Positions 1-10,376 of a DNA stretch of 64,000 nucleotides are shown piece by piece (position 1 is the first letter of the stretch; the number at the start of each line of letters is the position of its first letter). The stretch comes from Methylophilaceae bacterium (GTDB taxonomy: Bacteria; Pseudomonadota; Gammaproteobacteria; Burkholderiales; Methylophilaceae). Location of the stretch: positions 8,833-72,832 of the forward strand of contig DATHWW010000017.1 of the NCBI GenBank assembly GCA_035460165.1, read 5' to 3'. Made by a program: the position numbers and the translations under genes. The notes beneath the pieces are model-generated. The model was not told where the DNA came from, searched no databases, and saw only the letters and a list, made by a program, of their open reading frames with translations.

Positions 1-628
1 CGATTTTTTCCGCAATTTCAATCAGTTTACGGCTGGAAAGCAGCGCAACGCGCGAACCGATTTCACGCGCGGCGTGCAACCCGGCATCGCTGGCTTGTTG
101 CGCCGTGGCGCGCAAGCGACTGCCAAACTCCTCGGCTACTTCCCGCACACGCTCGCCGGTACCGGTGCCGGTGCGGCGCGCATGTTCCGCCAAAGCCGTC
201 ATCTCCTGCCTGACCAGACCGGTCGCCTCTTGTGCGACATGGCTGACCGTTTCCAGGAACATGTCTTCGAGTTTTTTAAGATCGCCCAGGCTTTGCCGCA
301 GATCTTGCTCTGCAAACTCCTGCGCGTGGGACGACACTTCGCCCAGCGCCAATCGCATCGCCTCGGCAGCATGCTCAAGCGCATCGTCCATGCCGTGCAG
401 GGCGCTGCCCAAGGCTGCCCGGACCTCTTCCGCGCGTTCCGTGGCACCGCGACTGACACCTTCGGTAATGGCGCCCAGCACCTCGCGGATTTCCTGTTCC
501 GCAAGCTGGCGCTGCGTCAGCGCCTCGACCGTCAGGTCATGCAGTTTTTCACGGACATTCTCGCCGCTGCGCAGTAGGCCGCGCGCCTTTTCCTGGATTT
601 CCTCGAGTGAGAAACGTTCGTCGTTCAT
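1..628 (-). CDS. Helical hypothetical protein, DUF6781-like; 3' end lies beyond the window start
   Basis: Manual translation from ATG at 628 gives MNDERFSLEEIQEKARGLLRSGENVREKLHDLTVEAL..., open to position 1, with a GGGAG RBS upstream. Absent from the ORF track because it has no stop in the window. Confidence 0.7.
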   Translation of the reverse strand, partial: MNDERFSLEEIQEKARGLLRSGENVREKLHDLTVEALTQRQLAEQEIREVLGAITEGVSRGATERAEEVRAALGSALHGMDDALEHAAEAMRLALGEVSSHAQEFAEQDLRQSLGDLKKLEDMFLETVSHVAQEATGLVRQEMTALAEHARRTGTGTGERVREVAEEFGSRLRATAQQASDAGLHAAREIGSRVALLSSRKLIEIAEKI

Positions 629-801
629 GGCTAATCTCCCGCTGTGGTTGGTTGATAGAGCCCGAAGCCGCGACATTTGTTCCGCCCCGCTTCCGTTCCA
701 ATTGTAATATGAAAGCCATTAGCCCGAATGGCTCAAACCGTCTTTTGTAAAACCGTTCAAAGATTTACAAAGGCCAAGGATTTCTTTTAGAATCCGGCGA
801 C

Positions 802-1320
802 ATGTTTTGCAAAAAATACATAGCAGCCTTCTGGCTGGCGGGCTTATGCACGCTCTCCCATGCGGATGAAGCCGTGCAGGAACCGGCGAAGTCCGAAACC
901 GGATGGACGGATGCCGCGCAGGAGATTCTGATCAATGCCCTCAGCCTGACCGGCGTGCGATACAAATACGGCGGCAAATCGCCGGAAACCGGTTTCGATT
1001 GCAGCGGCTTTGTGCGCTATGTATTCCAGCAAGCGGCCAACCTGACGCTGCCGCACGGCGCACGCGCCATCAGCCAGCTCGGGCAATCCATTCCGGTCGA
1101 ACAGTTGCAGCCGGGGGACCTGGTATTCTTCAACACGCTTAAAAGTGCTTTTTCACACGTCGGCATCTACGTCGGCGACGGACGCTTCATCCATGCGCCC
1201 TCCAGCGGCGGCGGCATTCATGTCGTCAACATGAATGAAAGTTACTGGGCCAAGCGTTTCAATGGCGCGCGACGCTTGCCGCCGACCGAGCAGCCGCCTG
1301 CTGAATCTTCTGCCGAATAA
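802..1320 (+). CDS. NlpC/P60 (C40) peptidoglycan endopeptidase
   Basis: Signal peptide, GFDCSGFV catalytic Cys, SHVGIY and FIHA motifs. Confidence 0.93.
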   Translation: MFCKKYIAAFWLAGLCTLSHADEAVQEPAKSETGWTDAAQEILINALSLTGVRYKYGGKSPETGFDCSGFVRYVFQQAANLTLPHGARAISQLGQSIPVEQLQPGDLVFFNTLKSAFSHVGIYVGDGRFIHAPSSGGGIHVVNMNESYWAKRFNGARRLPPTEQPPAESSAE

Positions 1321-2182
1321 ACGGCACCACGGCCTGTGCGGCCTTTTCACCTTCCAGGATCGCCTCGTGCTTGCGGGCAAAGTCCGCTGAGCCATAACCT
1401 ATCGTATTGGGACGGATGACCACGTCCGCACCGGCCAACTCCGCCTTGCTGATCGCCTGCCCCATGATGCCGAAAGTTTGCAGCAGGATATCCGTCACTC
1501 CCTCCACACGCGCATAACGCGGTTTGGCGGAAATATCGACCGCGATAATCACGTCGGCACCCAGCATGCGCGCCACATTCACCGGTACCGGACTGACCAG
1601 GCCGCCGTCCACATACTCGTGGCCGTTGATCGCCACCGGCTGGAACACGCCGGGAATGCTGCTCGACGCGCGTACCGCCATGCCCGCGTTGCCGCGCTGG
1701 AATACCATCATTTCCCCGCTTTGCAGATTGGTGGCAACCGCTGCGAACGGTTTCTTCAACTTTTCGATGGGTAGCTTGTGGACGGCCTGGTTGATGTATC
1801 CCTGCAAGGCTTCGCCCTTGATAAAGCCGCGATCCGGCAGCATCCAGTCGCCCACGCTGTCTTCTTCGAGCTTGAATGCAATCTTCTGCAGTTCGAATCC
1901 GCTGTATCCCGCCGCATAAAGCACGCCGACCACGCTGCCGGCGCTGGTACCGACTACCAGGTCGGGCTGTATGCCCTGCGCTTCCAGTACCTTGATCACG
2001 CCCACATGCGCGAAACCGCGTACCGCGCCGCCACCGAGAACAAGGGCCACTTTAGGTGGGGCCACGGCAGCAGCCATCGGCTTGGCTGGGTTTTCAGCCG
2101 GAGATACGGGTTTGGTGGCGAGAGGCGCGGATACGCAACCGGCGAGCAACAGGGCAAGACCCAGGATACGAAGTGAGTTCAT
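1259..2182 (-). CDS. Patatin-like phospholipase, lipoprotein
   Basis: LVLGGGAVRG, GTSAG and DGG motifs; lipobox LLAGC. Confidence 0.92.
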   Translation of the reverse strand: MNSLRILGLALLLAGCVSAPLATKPVSPAENPAKPMAAAVAPPKVALVLGGGAVRGFAHVGVIKVLEAQGIQPDLVVGTSAGSVVGVLYAAGYSGFELQKIAFKLEEDSVGDWMLPDRGFIKGEALQGYINQAVHKLPIEKLKKPFAAVATNLQSGEMMVFQRGNAGMAVRASSSIPGVFQPVAINGHEYVDGGLVSPVPVNVARMLGADVIIAVDISAKPRYARVEGVTDILLQTFGIMGQAISKAELAGADVVIRPNTIGYGSADFARKHEAILEGEKAAQAVVPFIRQKIQQAAARSAASVARH

Positions 2183-2211
2183 GATGTTCAAAATGAGATA
2201 AACAGGTCGGC

Positions 2212-2952
2212 TCAATGCCGTTTGCGCAGGGTGCGCACATACATCCAGAGACCGGACAAGGCGAGCGCGATCAGCACCAGCGCGGCAATATCCATCAGGT
2301 AAGGCCCGTAATGGCCGAGAATGCGCCCGCTATGTACATCCAGCAACACACGCTCCAGCGACAGGCTGGGCGCAAAATATGGGGCCGCTTCATCGGCAAC
2401 CTTGTCGTGCAGCGCCTGTGGTTGCGCCCAGATGATGTCCGCGGCGGAACTCGACTCCCAAGTCAGGGCGTCTGCACTGGCAAAAATACCCCGTGATGTT
2501 TCCAGCACAATGAATGTGCCGTGCTTGCCTATGCGTCGAATAGGCTGCGCCGGCAAGGCTGGGCCGCTCAGTTGGTCGATCAGGCTGCCGTCAGGCTGAT
2601 AAAGATGGAGGGATGCATCGGTTGCGACATACCGGATACCGTCGATTTCGATGGCCCCTACCGGCACGCCCGACGGTGCGTACAAATCGTATCCGTCCAT
2701 GACCCAGCGTTCGCTATCGCCGACAAAATAGCCGGACTCGAACAGATAACCTTGCTGCGGCGCTGCCGATTGCAAGCCATACCAACGCATCACCCAGGCA
2801 GAATCGATCTTCTTCTGTGCGAGACTTAAGGCGTCAGTATGGTTGAGCGCCAAGCCGGTCAGCGCAAGCAACAGGAGAAACAAAGCCGCCAACACGCCGA
2901 CACGCGCATGCCAGTGCCGCACAAAGCGGATTGCGCGCGTCAGCCGGCTCAT
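2212..2952 (-). CDS. PepSY-associated TM helix protein
   Basis: RHWHARVG...LTGLALNH N-terminus; LDVHSGRILG...SGLWMY C-terminus. Confidence 0.85.
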   Translation of the reverse strand: MSRLTRAIRFVRHWHARVGVLAALFLLLLALTGLALNHTDALSLAQKKIDSAWVMRWYGLQSAAPQQGYLFESGYFVGDSERWVMDGYDLYAPSGVPVGAIEIDGIRYVATDASLHLYQPDGSLIDQLSGPALPAQPIRRIGKHGTFIVLETSRGIFASADALTWESSSAADIIWAQPQALHDKVADEAAPYFAPSLSLERVLLDVHSGRILGHYGPYLMDIAALVLIALALSGLWMYVRTLRKRH

Positions 2953-3530
2953 TTCCCGTCTCGGCTCAGTTGGTCGAAATAAAGCGCCAGCCGCGCCATG
3001 CGGCCCATCGCACGCACCGACAAGGTTGCGCCGGAAATGCCGTCTATGTTGCGATCCAGCTGTTGTTCGCTATCGAGTGCGGCGCCTTCGTATTGCTTCA
3101 GGAAGGCCGGATAGCGGACTTCTCCTCCACGGCTTTCGCGATAAACCAGTATCCGCGCTTGCAGCAGCTTGCCCTTCTCAATGACGAAGCCCGCCGTAAT
3201 GAGCTCTTCCTTGCCGATTTCTTCCAGAATCCACGCCGTCTTATCGCCGGCTTTCCAGTATCGCTGCCGCAGCTGGTAAGGAGCATGCCCGAGGATTCGG
3301 GACGCCTGCGCGGCAACATCCTTGGTAAGCCAGAGGACTTCCGGCTTGGGAACGGGGGAACCGACCGCCTCCGCTGCGAATTGCTCGGGCGTCAGGTAAA
3401 CATCTTCGCGCGCCTGGGAAGCGGATTGAAAGACCAATAGGCCAAATAACGCGCAGGCGAACGCCGCACACTGCCGCAGAAATCTTACGCGGCAGTGTTC
3501 AAAGTCGACGCTCGGCCATTGCCGCATCAC
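2949..3530 (-). CDS. Periplasmic FMN-binding protein
   Basis: YRESRGGEV and IDGISGATLS flavinylation motif. Confidence 0.85.
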   Translation of the reverse strand: MMRQWPSVDFEHCRVRFLRQCAAFACALFGLLVFQSASQAREDVYLTPEQFAAEAVGSPVPKPEVLWLTKDVAAQASRILGHAPYQLRQRYWKAGDKTAWILEEIGKEELITAGFVIEKGKLLQARILVYRESRGGEVRYPAFLKQYEGAALDSEQQLDRNIDGISGATLSVRAMGRMARLALYFDQLSRDGK

Positions 3531-3997
3531 CCTCTGAATACTTCCACGTCGCCGGGCTTGCGCAGCATCTTGTTGACTTCGCCCTGGTGCAGTTCCTCGG
3601 CGTAAATCATTTCGCGCGCATATTCTTCCAGCATCACGGATTTGTCTTCAACTTCGGCCAGCAAATCGCGATAGGCCTGCAACGCAATGCCTTCGTGCTC
3701 CAGCGATTCGCGCAGGATATCGCCGATATCGTGGTTGTGTGTTTCCAGCAGCGGGCCGATGGAAAGCGAAGGGTGGCCGCCCAGATGGGTGATCAGTTCA
3801 CCCGCCTTGCCGGCGTGCATCAGCGATTCGCTCGCTTGATCGCGCAGCCAGCCGATAATGGGAATGCGGTTGTAGCCGAACACCATCAGCGAATAATGGG
3901 TGTAGCGCACAACCCCCGCCAGTTCGAGCTCGAGAATCCTGTTAAGCAATTTGACCACTTTGTCGTTCGGAGTCCCTTGTTTATCTTTCTTTGCCAT
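3527..3997 (-). CDS. Bacterioferritin/ferritin-like protein
   Basis: LNRILELELAGVVRY, LGGHP and EELH ferritin-fold motifs. Confidence 0.85.
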   Translation of the reverse strand: MAKKDKQGTPNDKVVKLLNRILELELAGVVRYTHYSLMVFGYNRIPIIGWLRDQASESLMHAGKAGELITHLGGHPSLSIGPLLETHNHDIGDILRESLEHEGIALQAYRDLLAEVEDKSVMLEEYAREMIYAEELHQGEVNKMLRKPGDVEVFRG

Positions 3998-4139
3998 GAC
4001 GTACTCCTTTGCTTGGTTGATCAGGCCAACAGTTTAGCGCACCGGATTCCGTTCGGTAAAACGACAAACCCGCCACGGCGGACCATGAGCGGGCTTGAGG
4101 TTGCGCCATTGCTGCAGCGAGAAGCTGCGAGCACCCTAG

Positions 4140-5372
4140 TTAGAACATATAGCCAAGGCCCATGTTCACGCGCTTTTCCCCTTTGGTACTGTCCGGCTTG
4201 TCGAAGACCTGGTAATCCGTCTTCAACACCACCTGCGGATGCGGCCAGTAATTGGCGCCTATGGTCCAGGCATTGTTCTTGTTGGCGCGGTTACGCGTCA
4301 CGTTGGACGGCACCTCGTCATGGGTGTCCCACGCTTCGTAGCGCACAAACGGGGCTAGGTCGTGATCGCCCTGTTTCCAGATATGGTAGGCAGCTTCGGC
4401 ATACCAGCCGTAGAAGCGCTCGGCCGCGTTGATATTCGTCGCGGTCTTGATTTCATCCGCATCGCTCAAACGGCCTTGCGCATACAGAGCACGCAGATCG
4501 ATCCGATCTTTCTGATAGCGGGCGTGCACGTCCCACATGGTCAGGCGGGCTTTTACCCCTTCCAAATCGGCATCGGATGCGCCATCCTGCCCTGTTTCAC
4601 CGGTGTAGAATGCGGCGCCGACGAGCAAGCCCGGGATACCGGTGTAATTCAGCGCGCCGGATACCGCCAGATCCTCCGCCGGCGCATCCGCCACCTTGCG
4701 GCGGCCGCTCCGCACACCGGTGCTGAAGTTGCTGCTGAACCTGGCGGCATCCAGACTGGAAGTCAGGTTCAACTGATAATTGAGGCCAGGCAATGCTTCG
4801 CCGTAAATGCCAGCGCCCGCTTCCCACCAGGTGGTCGGAATGATGCGCGTTTCGATCTCATTACGCTCCACGCCGTAGAAGGTTGGCGGCTCGTGCGTTT
4901 CATTGAGGATGCCCAGCGGGATCAGGAATATACCGGCCTTGGCATTGAAATGTTTGTTGATGTTGAAATCGAGGTAGGCCTGCTCCAACTCAACTTCGCC
5001 GCTGCCGGCCGTGCCGCTGGTGTTGTCCTTGACCAGCGCGTGCTCCAGCTCCAACTCGGACTTGAAACTGATCCAGTCGTTGAACTTATGACCGACGAAC
5101 AATACGAAACGATGGAAATCGATGCTGTCCTTGGCGGTCGCGCCGTCGCGGAAATTGTTGTAGTGCAGTTCGCCATAGCCGCCGATTGTCGTGCGGTCGA
5201 CAAATCCTTGGATGCCACCTGCGCGATTCTTGTTTGACTCCGCCATTTGCAGCTTGAGGTGCTCGATTTCCTCCTGCAGCACCTCCAGCTTGTCCTCAAT
5301 GGAGGTATCCGCTCCCGCATTGCTGCCAATTGCCATGGTAGAAACAAAAGCCGCCAGCCATCTCTTGGTCAT
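4140..5372 (-). CDS. Outer-membrane porin with N-terminal coiled coil
   Basis: Signal peptide, GGYGELHY, ELEQAYLDF, C-terminal GYMF. Confidence 0.85.
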   Translation of the reverse strand: MTKRWLAAFVSTMAIGSNAGADTSIEDKLEVLQEEIEHLKLQMAESNKNRAGGIQGFVDRTTIGGYGELHYNNFRDGATAKDSIDFHRFVLFVGHKFNDWISFKSELELEHALVKDNTSGTAGSGEVELEQAYLDFNINKHFNAKAGIFLIPLGILNETHEPPTFYGVERNEIETRIIPTTWWEAGAGIYGEALPGLNYQLNLTSSLDAARFSSNFSTGVRSGRRKVADAPAEDLAVSGALNYTGIPGLLVGAAFYTGETGQDGASDADLEGVKARLTMWDVHARYQKDRIDLRALYAQGRLSDADEIKTATNINAAERFYGWYAEAAYHIWKQGDHDLAPFVRYEAWDTHDEVPSNVTRNRANKNNAWTIGANYWPHPQVVLKTDYQVFDKPDSTKGEKRVNMGLGYMF

Positions 5373-5392
5373 GATCGCTCCCATTAACAAGT

Positions 5393-5411
5393 AACAAGAA
5401 TCGTTCTCAAG
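5393..5411 (-). promoter_or_regulatory. Putative Fur box
   Basis: CTTGAGAACGATTCTTGTT about 20 bp upstream of the porin start; resembles TGAGAATNATTCTCA. Confidence 0.55.
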
Positions 5412-5484
5412 CTCACCAGGAAATAATAGTAGCCCTCATGCCCAGGATCAATGTATTTGTAAAAAAACGTGATCTTTCAGTCCA

Positions 5485-5760
5485 TTACCGGTCGCTATGT
5501 CCCAATGGTTTCTCCGGTGCGATCCGGTCGCGTATCAGTTGCTTCAGTTCCTTGGACTCGGGAAAACGTCCGGCCGCCTTGCGCGAGAAAATGGTCTCGT
5601 CGCCCAGCCTGACTTCGAAAATTCCGCCCGTGCCCGGCTTGAGGCAAACCCCGCCGATTTCGCTTTCAAAGGTTGTCAGGAGTTCCTGCGCCATCCAGGC
5701 TGCGCGCAACAGCCAGCGGCATTGGGTGCAATACTCAATTTCAACGATATTCTTATCCAT
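5485..5760 (-). CDS. SelT/SelW/SelH (Rdx) family protein
   Basis: IEYCTQCRWLLRAAWMAQELL, GGIFEV, PLGHSD. Confidence 0.92.
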   Translation of the reverse strand: MDKNIVEIEYCTQCRWLLRAAWMAQELLTTFESEIGGVCLKPGTGGIFEVRLGDETIFSRKAAGRFPESKELKQLIRDRIAPEKPLGHSDR

Positions 5761-5892
5761 ACCAAAGACCTCTTAATTGGCAAGGAAAACATCATAATCT
5801 TTCGCTTGGCATGCCAGCCACAAATAGCGGAAAATGAACCCCGCAAAAAAATGCTGTCTTAGAGTCATCCTCTTCAAGGAATTCTCATCACA

Positions 5893-7302
5893 ATGCGCGC
5901 TAAATTACAAAAACTCAGCTTGGTCGGCTTCGGAGCCGTTCTGGGTGCCATGTTGTTCCTCAGCTATTCAGCTATTGCAGACAAGGAAACGAAACCGCAA
6001 CTTCCGCTGGAAGACCTGCGCGCGTTCGCAGAAGTGTTCGGCAAGATCAAGAGCGATTATGTCGAGTCGGTCGAAGACAAGAAGCTGATTTCCGAGGCAA
6101 TCAACGGCATGCTGTCCGGCCTCGACCCGCATTCTGCTTATCTGGATGTGGATGCATTCAAGGACCTGCAAGCCGGTACGCAAGGCGAATTTGGCGGGCT
6201 GGGTATCGAAGTTGGCATGGAAGACGGCTTCGTCAAAGTCGTTTCCCCCATTGAGGACACGCCCGCCTACAAGGCCGGCCTGAAATCGGGGGACCTGATC
6301 ATCAAGCTCGACGAAACGCCGGTCAAGGGCATGACGCTGAATGACGCAGTGAAGCGCATGCGCGGCAAGCCTGATACGCAAATCACGCTGACCGTGCTGC
6401 GCAAGACCGAAACCAAGCCGCTGATCATCACGTTGACCCGCGCCGTGATCAAGGTGCAGAGCGTCAAGTACAAGCTGGCCGAACCGGGCTATGCCTACGC
6501 ACGCATCACGCAATTCCAGGAACACACCGGTGCCGATCTCGCCAAGGCGCTGAAGGCGATGCACGCCGAAAACAAGGGCGATCTCAAGGGCCTGATCCTC
6601 GACCTGCGCAATAATCCGGGCGGCCTGCTGAACGCCGCGGTCGGCGTTTCCGCAGCCTTCCTGCCCCAGAGCGAACTGGTGGTCTACACCGAAGGCCGTA
6701 TCGAGGACGCCAAGATGCGCCTGACCGCGAACCCGGAAAACTATGTACGCGGCGGCCCCAAGGACGACTACAACCGCGACCTGCCTCCGGAAATGCGTTC
6801 CGTACCCATGGTGGTGCTGATCAACGGCGGCTCGGCCTCGGCCTCCGAAATCGTCGCCGGCGCGCTGCAGGATCACAAGCGCGCCATCGTCCTCGGTACG
6901 CAAAGCTTCGGCAAAGGCTCGGTGCAAACCATCCTGCCGATGAATAACGGCACCGCGATCAAGCTGACCACGGCGCGCTACTTCACGCCCAAGGGCCGCT
7001 CCATCCAGGCGACCGGCATCGTCCCCGATATCCAGGTGGAAGAAGCAACGCTGAACCTGGCCGAACAGGGACTCAGCATCCGTGAGTCCGACCTCAGCCG
7101 TCACCTGCTGAACCCCAAGGATAACGGCACGCCCCTGACGCCGGAGAAGCCAAGCAAGGTCATCACGCCCGAACCGGCTGCGCCTGGCACCGAAAAGGCC
7201 GACGACAAGGTTGCACCTATGGAACCGGGCTCCAAGACCGACTTCCAGTTCACACAGGCGGTCAATCTGCTCAAGGGCCTGCAGATCCTGCAGAAGAAGT
7301 AA
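5893..7302 (+). CDS. ctpA: Carboxy-terminal processing protease, S41 family
   Basis: LDPHS, PDZ GLGIE, DLRNNPGG, SASASE, FGKGSVQ. Confidence 0.93.
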   Translation: MRAKLQKLSLVGFGAVLGAMLFLSYSAIADKETKPQLPLEDLRAFAEVFGKIKSDYVESVEDKKLISEAINGMLSGLDPHSAYLDVDAFKDLQAGTQGEFGGLGIEVGMEDGFVKVVSPIEDTPAYKAGLKSGDLIIKLDETPVKGMTLNDAVKRMRGKPDTQITLTVLRKTETKPLIITLTRAVIKVQSVKYKLAEPGYAYARITQFQEHTGADLAKALKAMHAENKGDLKGLILDLRNNPGGLLNAAVGVSAAFLPQSELVVYTEGRIEDAKMRLTANPENYVRGGPKDDYNRDLPPEMRSVPMVVLINGGSASASEIVAGALQDHKRAIVLGTQSFGKGSVQTILPMNNGTAIKLTTARYFTPKGRSIQATGIVPDIQVEEATLNLAEQGLSIRESDLSRHLLNPKDNGTPLTPEKPSKVITPEPAAPGTEKADDKVAPMEPGSKTDFQFTQAVNLLKGLQILQKK

Positions 7303-7353
7303 GCTTTACGGAGTAACATGCATGGGCGGCCATCGTGCCGCCCATATTTCTTT

Positions 7354-8556
7354 ATGATCGCCGACACCGCAGACCGCCCCAACACCGCACTTGCCGCAGA
7401 AGCAGACCGCTGCGTCGCCTGCGGCCTGTGCCTGCCGTATTGCCCGACCTATCGCAAGACGCAGTCCGAAGCCGATTCTCCGCGCGGGCGCATCCAGCTG
7501 ATCAAAGCCGTCGCAGAGGGGAAGCTGCCCGCCAGCCCGCGCTTCGCGCAACATATCGACCTCTGCCTGTCCTGCCGCGCCTGCGAAAGCGCTTGTCCCA
7601 ACGGCGTGCGCTACGGCGCATTAGCGGACAGCGCACGCGCGATAATCGCCGGCAACCCGGGATGGAAGCAACGCGCAACCACCTGGCTGCTGGAACACCG
7701 CACCACAACCGCCCTGGCGGGACGCATCGCCCGCTTCGGCCAAGTCACCGGCCTGCGCCGCGTTGCGACCGCGTTGCTGCCGAGCCTCAAGACTGCCGCC
7801 GATCTTCTGCCAACGGTACCGCCGCAGGAAACCTGGCGCCCCTGCTATTCGGCCAACAATGCCAAGGGCGAAGTCGCGCTGTTTCTCGGCTGCGTGACTT
7901 CCGTCGCCGACACCGACACGCTGCGCGCCGCCATCCACGTACTCAACCACCTCGGCTACACCGTGCGCGTACCGCAGGACCAGACCTGCTGCGGCGGCAT
8001 CGCCCGGCAATCCGGTGACGCCGCAGCCTCGGCACGTATGCTGGAGAAGAATGCCCACGCCTTCGGCGAGCAATCCGATGTGCCCGTCATTTCAGTCGCC
8101 AGCGGTTGCGGCAGCGGCCTGCGCGACCACATGGGTAAGCAGGTCACGGACATTTCCGCCTTCCTCGCCGCCGCCGACTGGGGCGACGTGGCGCCCGACG
8201 CCTTCAACGGCGTGATCCACGTGCACGACTCCTGCACCCTGAAGAACGCGATGCGCCAGCACAGCGAAGTCTATACATTGCTGAAGCGCATCCCGCAGGC
8301 CGACGTGCGCGCACTGCCGGGCAACGGCCAATGCTGCGGCGGCGCCGGCACCTACATGCTGACGCAACCCGAGATGGCGCGCACCCTGCGCGATGATAAA
8401 ATCAGCGCATGCGCCGAATCAGGCGCCCACCTGCTGGCAACCTCCAACATCGGCTGCGCGCTGCACATCGCCGCCGGCCTGCGCGAAGCCGGCATGCATG
8501 TCGCAATCGCGCATCCTGTCGTGATCCTGGCAAAACAACTGGGGTGGAAACCATGA
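7354..8556 (+). CDS. GlcF-like Fe-S oxidoreductase subunit
   Basis: Two CxxCxxCxxxCP ferredoxin motifs plus two CCG domains; start uncertain. Confidence 0.85.
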   Translation: MIADTADRPNTALAAEADRCVACGLCLPYCPTYRKTQSEADSPRGRIQLIKAVAEGKLPASPRFAQHIDLCLSCRACESACPNGVRYGALADSARAIIAGNPGWKQRATTWLLEHRTTTALAGRIARFGQVTGLRRVATALLPSLKTAADLLPTVPPQETWRPCYSANNAKGEVALFLGCVTSVADTDTLRAAIHVLNHLGYTVRVPQDQTCCGGIARQSGDAAASARMLEKNAHAFGEQSDVPVISVASGCGSGLRDHMGKQVTDISAFLAAADWGDVAPDAFNGVIHVHDSCTLKNAMRQHSEVYTLLKRIPQADVRALPGNGQCCGGAGTYMLTQPEMARTLRDDKISACAESGAHLLATSNIGCALHIAAGLREAGMHVAIAHPVVILAKQLGWKP

Positions 8557-9179
8557 ATTTGATCGACCGCTTCATTACCGAATTCGACCAGGGCCTGCGC
8601 ACCGTGCTGGCCGAAGCGCAAACCCTGCGCCCCTATCCCGACCGCGATAAAAGCGAAGCTCAACTCAGCCCATCCGAAAAACGCCATGCCGCCGCGCTGA
8701 TGCGCATCAACCACAGCGGCGAAGTCTGCGCCCAGGCGCTCTACAACGGCCAAGCCCTCACCGCGCGCAATCCGGCCACGGAAGAAGCGCTAAGACAGGC
8801 CTCGCAGGAAGAAACCGAACACCTCGCCTGGTGCGAAAAACGCATCAAGGAACTCGGCAGCCACAAGAGCTTCCTGAATCCGGCGTTCTACGCTGGCTCG
8901 TTCGCGCTCGGCGCACTGGCCGGAGCGCTCGGTGACAAATGGAACCTGGGCTTCCTCGCCGAAACCGAAAACCAGGTCGGCAAACACATCGAAGGCCACC
9001 TGCAGCGCCTGCCCGAGCAGGACGAAAAAAGCCGCGCGATCCTCGAACAGATGAAAGAGGACGAAGCCAAACACGCCACTACCGCGATCAGCTACGGCGG
9101 CGCGGCGCTGCCACTGCCGGTCAGGCTGGCGATGCAGCTTTCTTCAAAAGTAATGACCAAAACAACCTACTGGATTTAG
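8553..9179 (+). CDS. coq7: Demethoxyubiquinone hydroxylase
   Basis: [21 protein letters not shown] and EDEAKH di-iron motifs; ATG overlaps the upstream stop. Confidence 0.93.
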   Translation: MNLIDRFITEFDQGLRTVLAEAQTLRPYPDRDKSEAQLSPSEKRHAAALMRINHSGEVCAQALYNGQALTARNPATEEALRQASQEETEHLAWCEKRIKELGSHKSFLNPAFYAGSFALGALAGALGDKWNLGFLAETENQVGKHIEGHLQRLPEQDEKSRAILEQMKEDEAKHATTAISYGGAALPLPVRLAMQLSSKVMTKTTYWI

Positions 9180-9181
9180 TT

Positions 9182-9499
9182 ATGCCCACCTTCAAGGAAA
9201 ACCTCGACACCTTCCCCGCCATTGATGGCATCGTCCGCCTGGAATTGCTGGATAGCAACGGCCACATTGCTGGCACTATCGAAAACAAGGCCGGCAGCCA
9301 GGGCTCGCTACGCCTGTATCTGTATCTAGCGAACCTGTACGGCAGCATCACGCCGGAAGCGGCGGAAAAGGGCTGCGAACTGTATGCCGAGCATACAGAA
9401 GACGCCGAAGAAAATCCGGGTAAGCATCCGAACATCGACCGGCTGTTTGAAGTGATCGAAAAACAGCAACCGCTGACGATACGCAAGATCGCAGCCTAA
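9182..9499 (+). CDS. DUF2322 family protein
   Basis: IENKAGSQGSL and EHTEDA..NPGKHPNIDRL. Confidence 0.85.
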   Translation: MPTFKENLDTFPAIDGIVRLELLDSNGHIAGTIENKAGSQGSLRLYLYLANLYGSITPEAAEKGCELYAEHTEDAEENPGKHPNIDRLFEVIEKQQPLTIRKIAA

Positions 9500-9500
9500 T

Positions 9501-9528
9501 AAAAAAGCCGGCAATGCCGGCTTTTTTT
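9501..9528. terminator. Bidirectional intrinsic terminator
   Basis: AAAAAAGCCGGCA-A-TGCCGGCTTTTTTT between convergent genes. Confidence 0.85.
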
Positions 9529-9543
9529 ATTGCTGAAACAGAC

Positions 9544-9945
9544 CTAACGCTTGATTTGCATGAGTATCTCATTGGCAAGCTTTTCCATGCGCTCTAGGCT
9601 CACGTCCGCCTTTTGCAAGAATTCCTGATCATAATGATCCGGATCAGCCCAATGTTTGCCTTTTATCTGGCACCGTTTCGCAAGTTTGGAAATGCCAATG
9701 TCTTCAAGCGCAAAACTTAATTCCGTCCAAAGGACGGATAAATGGGCTTCCGTAGCATGATTACGGTTGCCAGCCTCTTTCACTTGGCGAATATAAACGG
9801 CTGTCTCTCTTGAGGCAGTAATGACATCTCTCACCGCCCTGATCGACTGCTCTTTTCTCTCCTTGCTAGCGCGACCTAGATTTGCAAGCCATGATCCGGC
9901 ATGTTTGAGTATTTCCCAGAGCTGGCTAGAGGAGAGGACGTCCAT
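9544..9945 (-). CDS. Hypothetical protein
   Basis: 133-aa ORF, visibly AT-richer than its neighbours. Confidence 0.65.
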   Translation of the reverse strand: MDVLSSSQLWEILKHAGSWLANLGRASKERKEQSIRAVRDVITASRETAVYIRQVKEAGNRNHATEAHLSVLWTELSFALEDIGISKLAKRCQIKGKHWADPDHYDQEFLQKADVSLERMEKLANEILMQIKR

Positions 9946-9956
9946 TGCCAAAGCGT

Positions 9957-10376
9957 TTATGCCTCCTCGACAATCTCAAAATCATGCGTAATCTCCGCCG
10001 TCTTCCCTAGCATCAACGACGCCGAGCAATACTTCTCCGCCGACAGCTTGACCGCGCGCTCCACCTGTAACGGATTCAGCTTGCGGCCCTTCACGACAAA
10101 GTGCACGTGTATCTTGGTGAACACCTTGGGCACTTCGTCCGCGCGGGTCGCATCCAGTTCAGCGTAGCAATCGGTCACGTCCTGGCGGCCTTTCTTGAGG
10201 ATGGTCACCACGTCGAAGGCAGTGCAGCTGCCCATGCCGATCAACAGCAACTCCATCGGGCGCATGCCGAGGTTGCGGCCGCCGGCATCGGGAGCGCCGT
10301 CGATGACGATGGCGTGGCCGGTTTCGGATTCGCCGACGAAACAGACGTTTTCAACCCATTTGACGCGTGCGTGCAT
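9957..10376 (-). CDS. OsmC family protein (YhfA-like)
   Basis: RPMELLLIGMGSCT and SAEKYCSAS. Confidence 0.92.
   Translation of the reverse strand: MHARVKWVENVCFVGESETGHAIVIDGAPDAGGRNLGMRPMELLLIGMGSCTAFDVVTILKKGRQDVTDCYAELDATRADEVPKVFTKIHVHFVVKGRKLNPLQVERAVKLSAEKYCSASLMLGKTAEITHDFEIVEEA

Noticed and set aside
74-707. Plus-strand ORFs 74-577 and 105-707
   Set aside because: Shadows of the minus-strand gene starting at 628, which has an RBS and a protein-like sequence
5485-5760. Possible selenoprotein
   Set aside because: The motif is CTQC with no in-frame TGA
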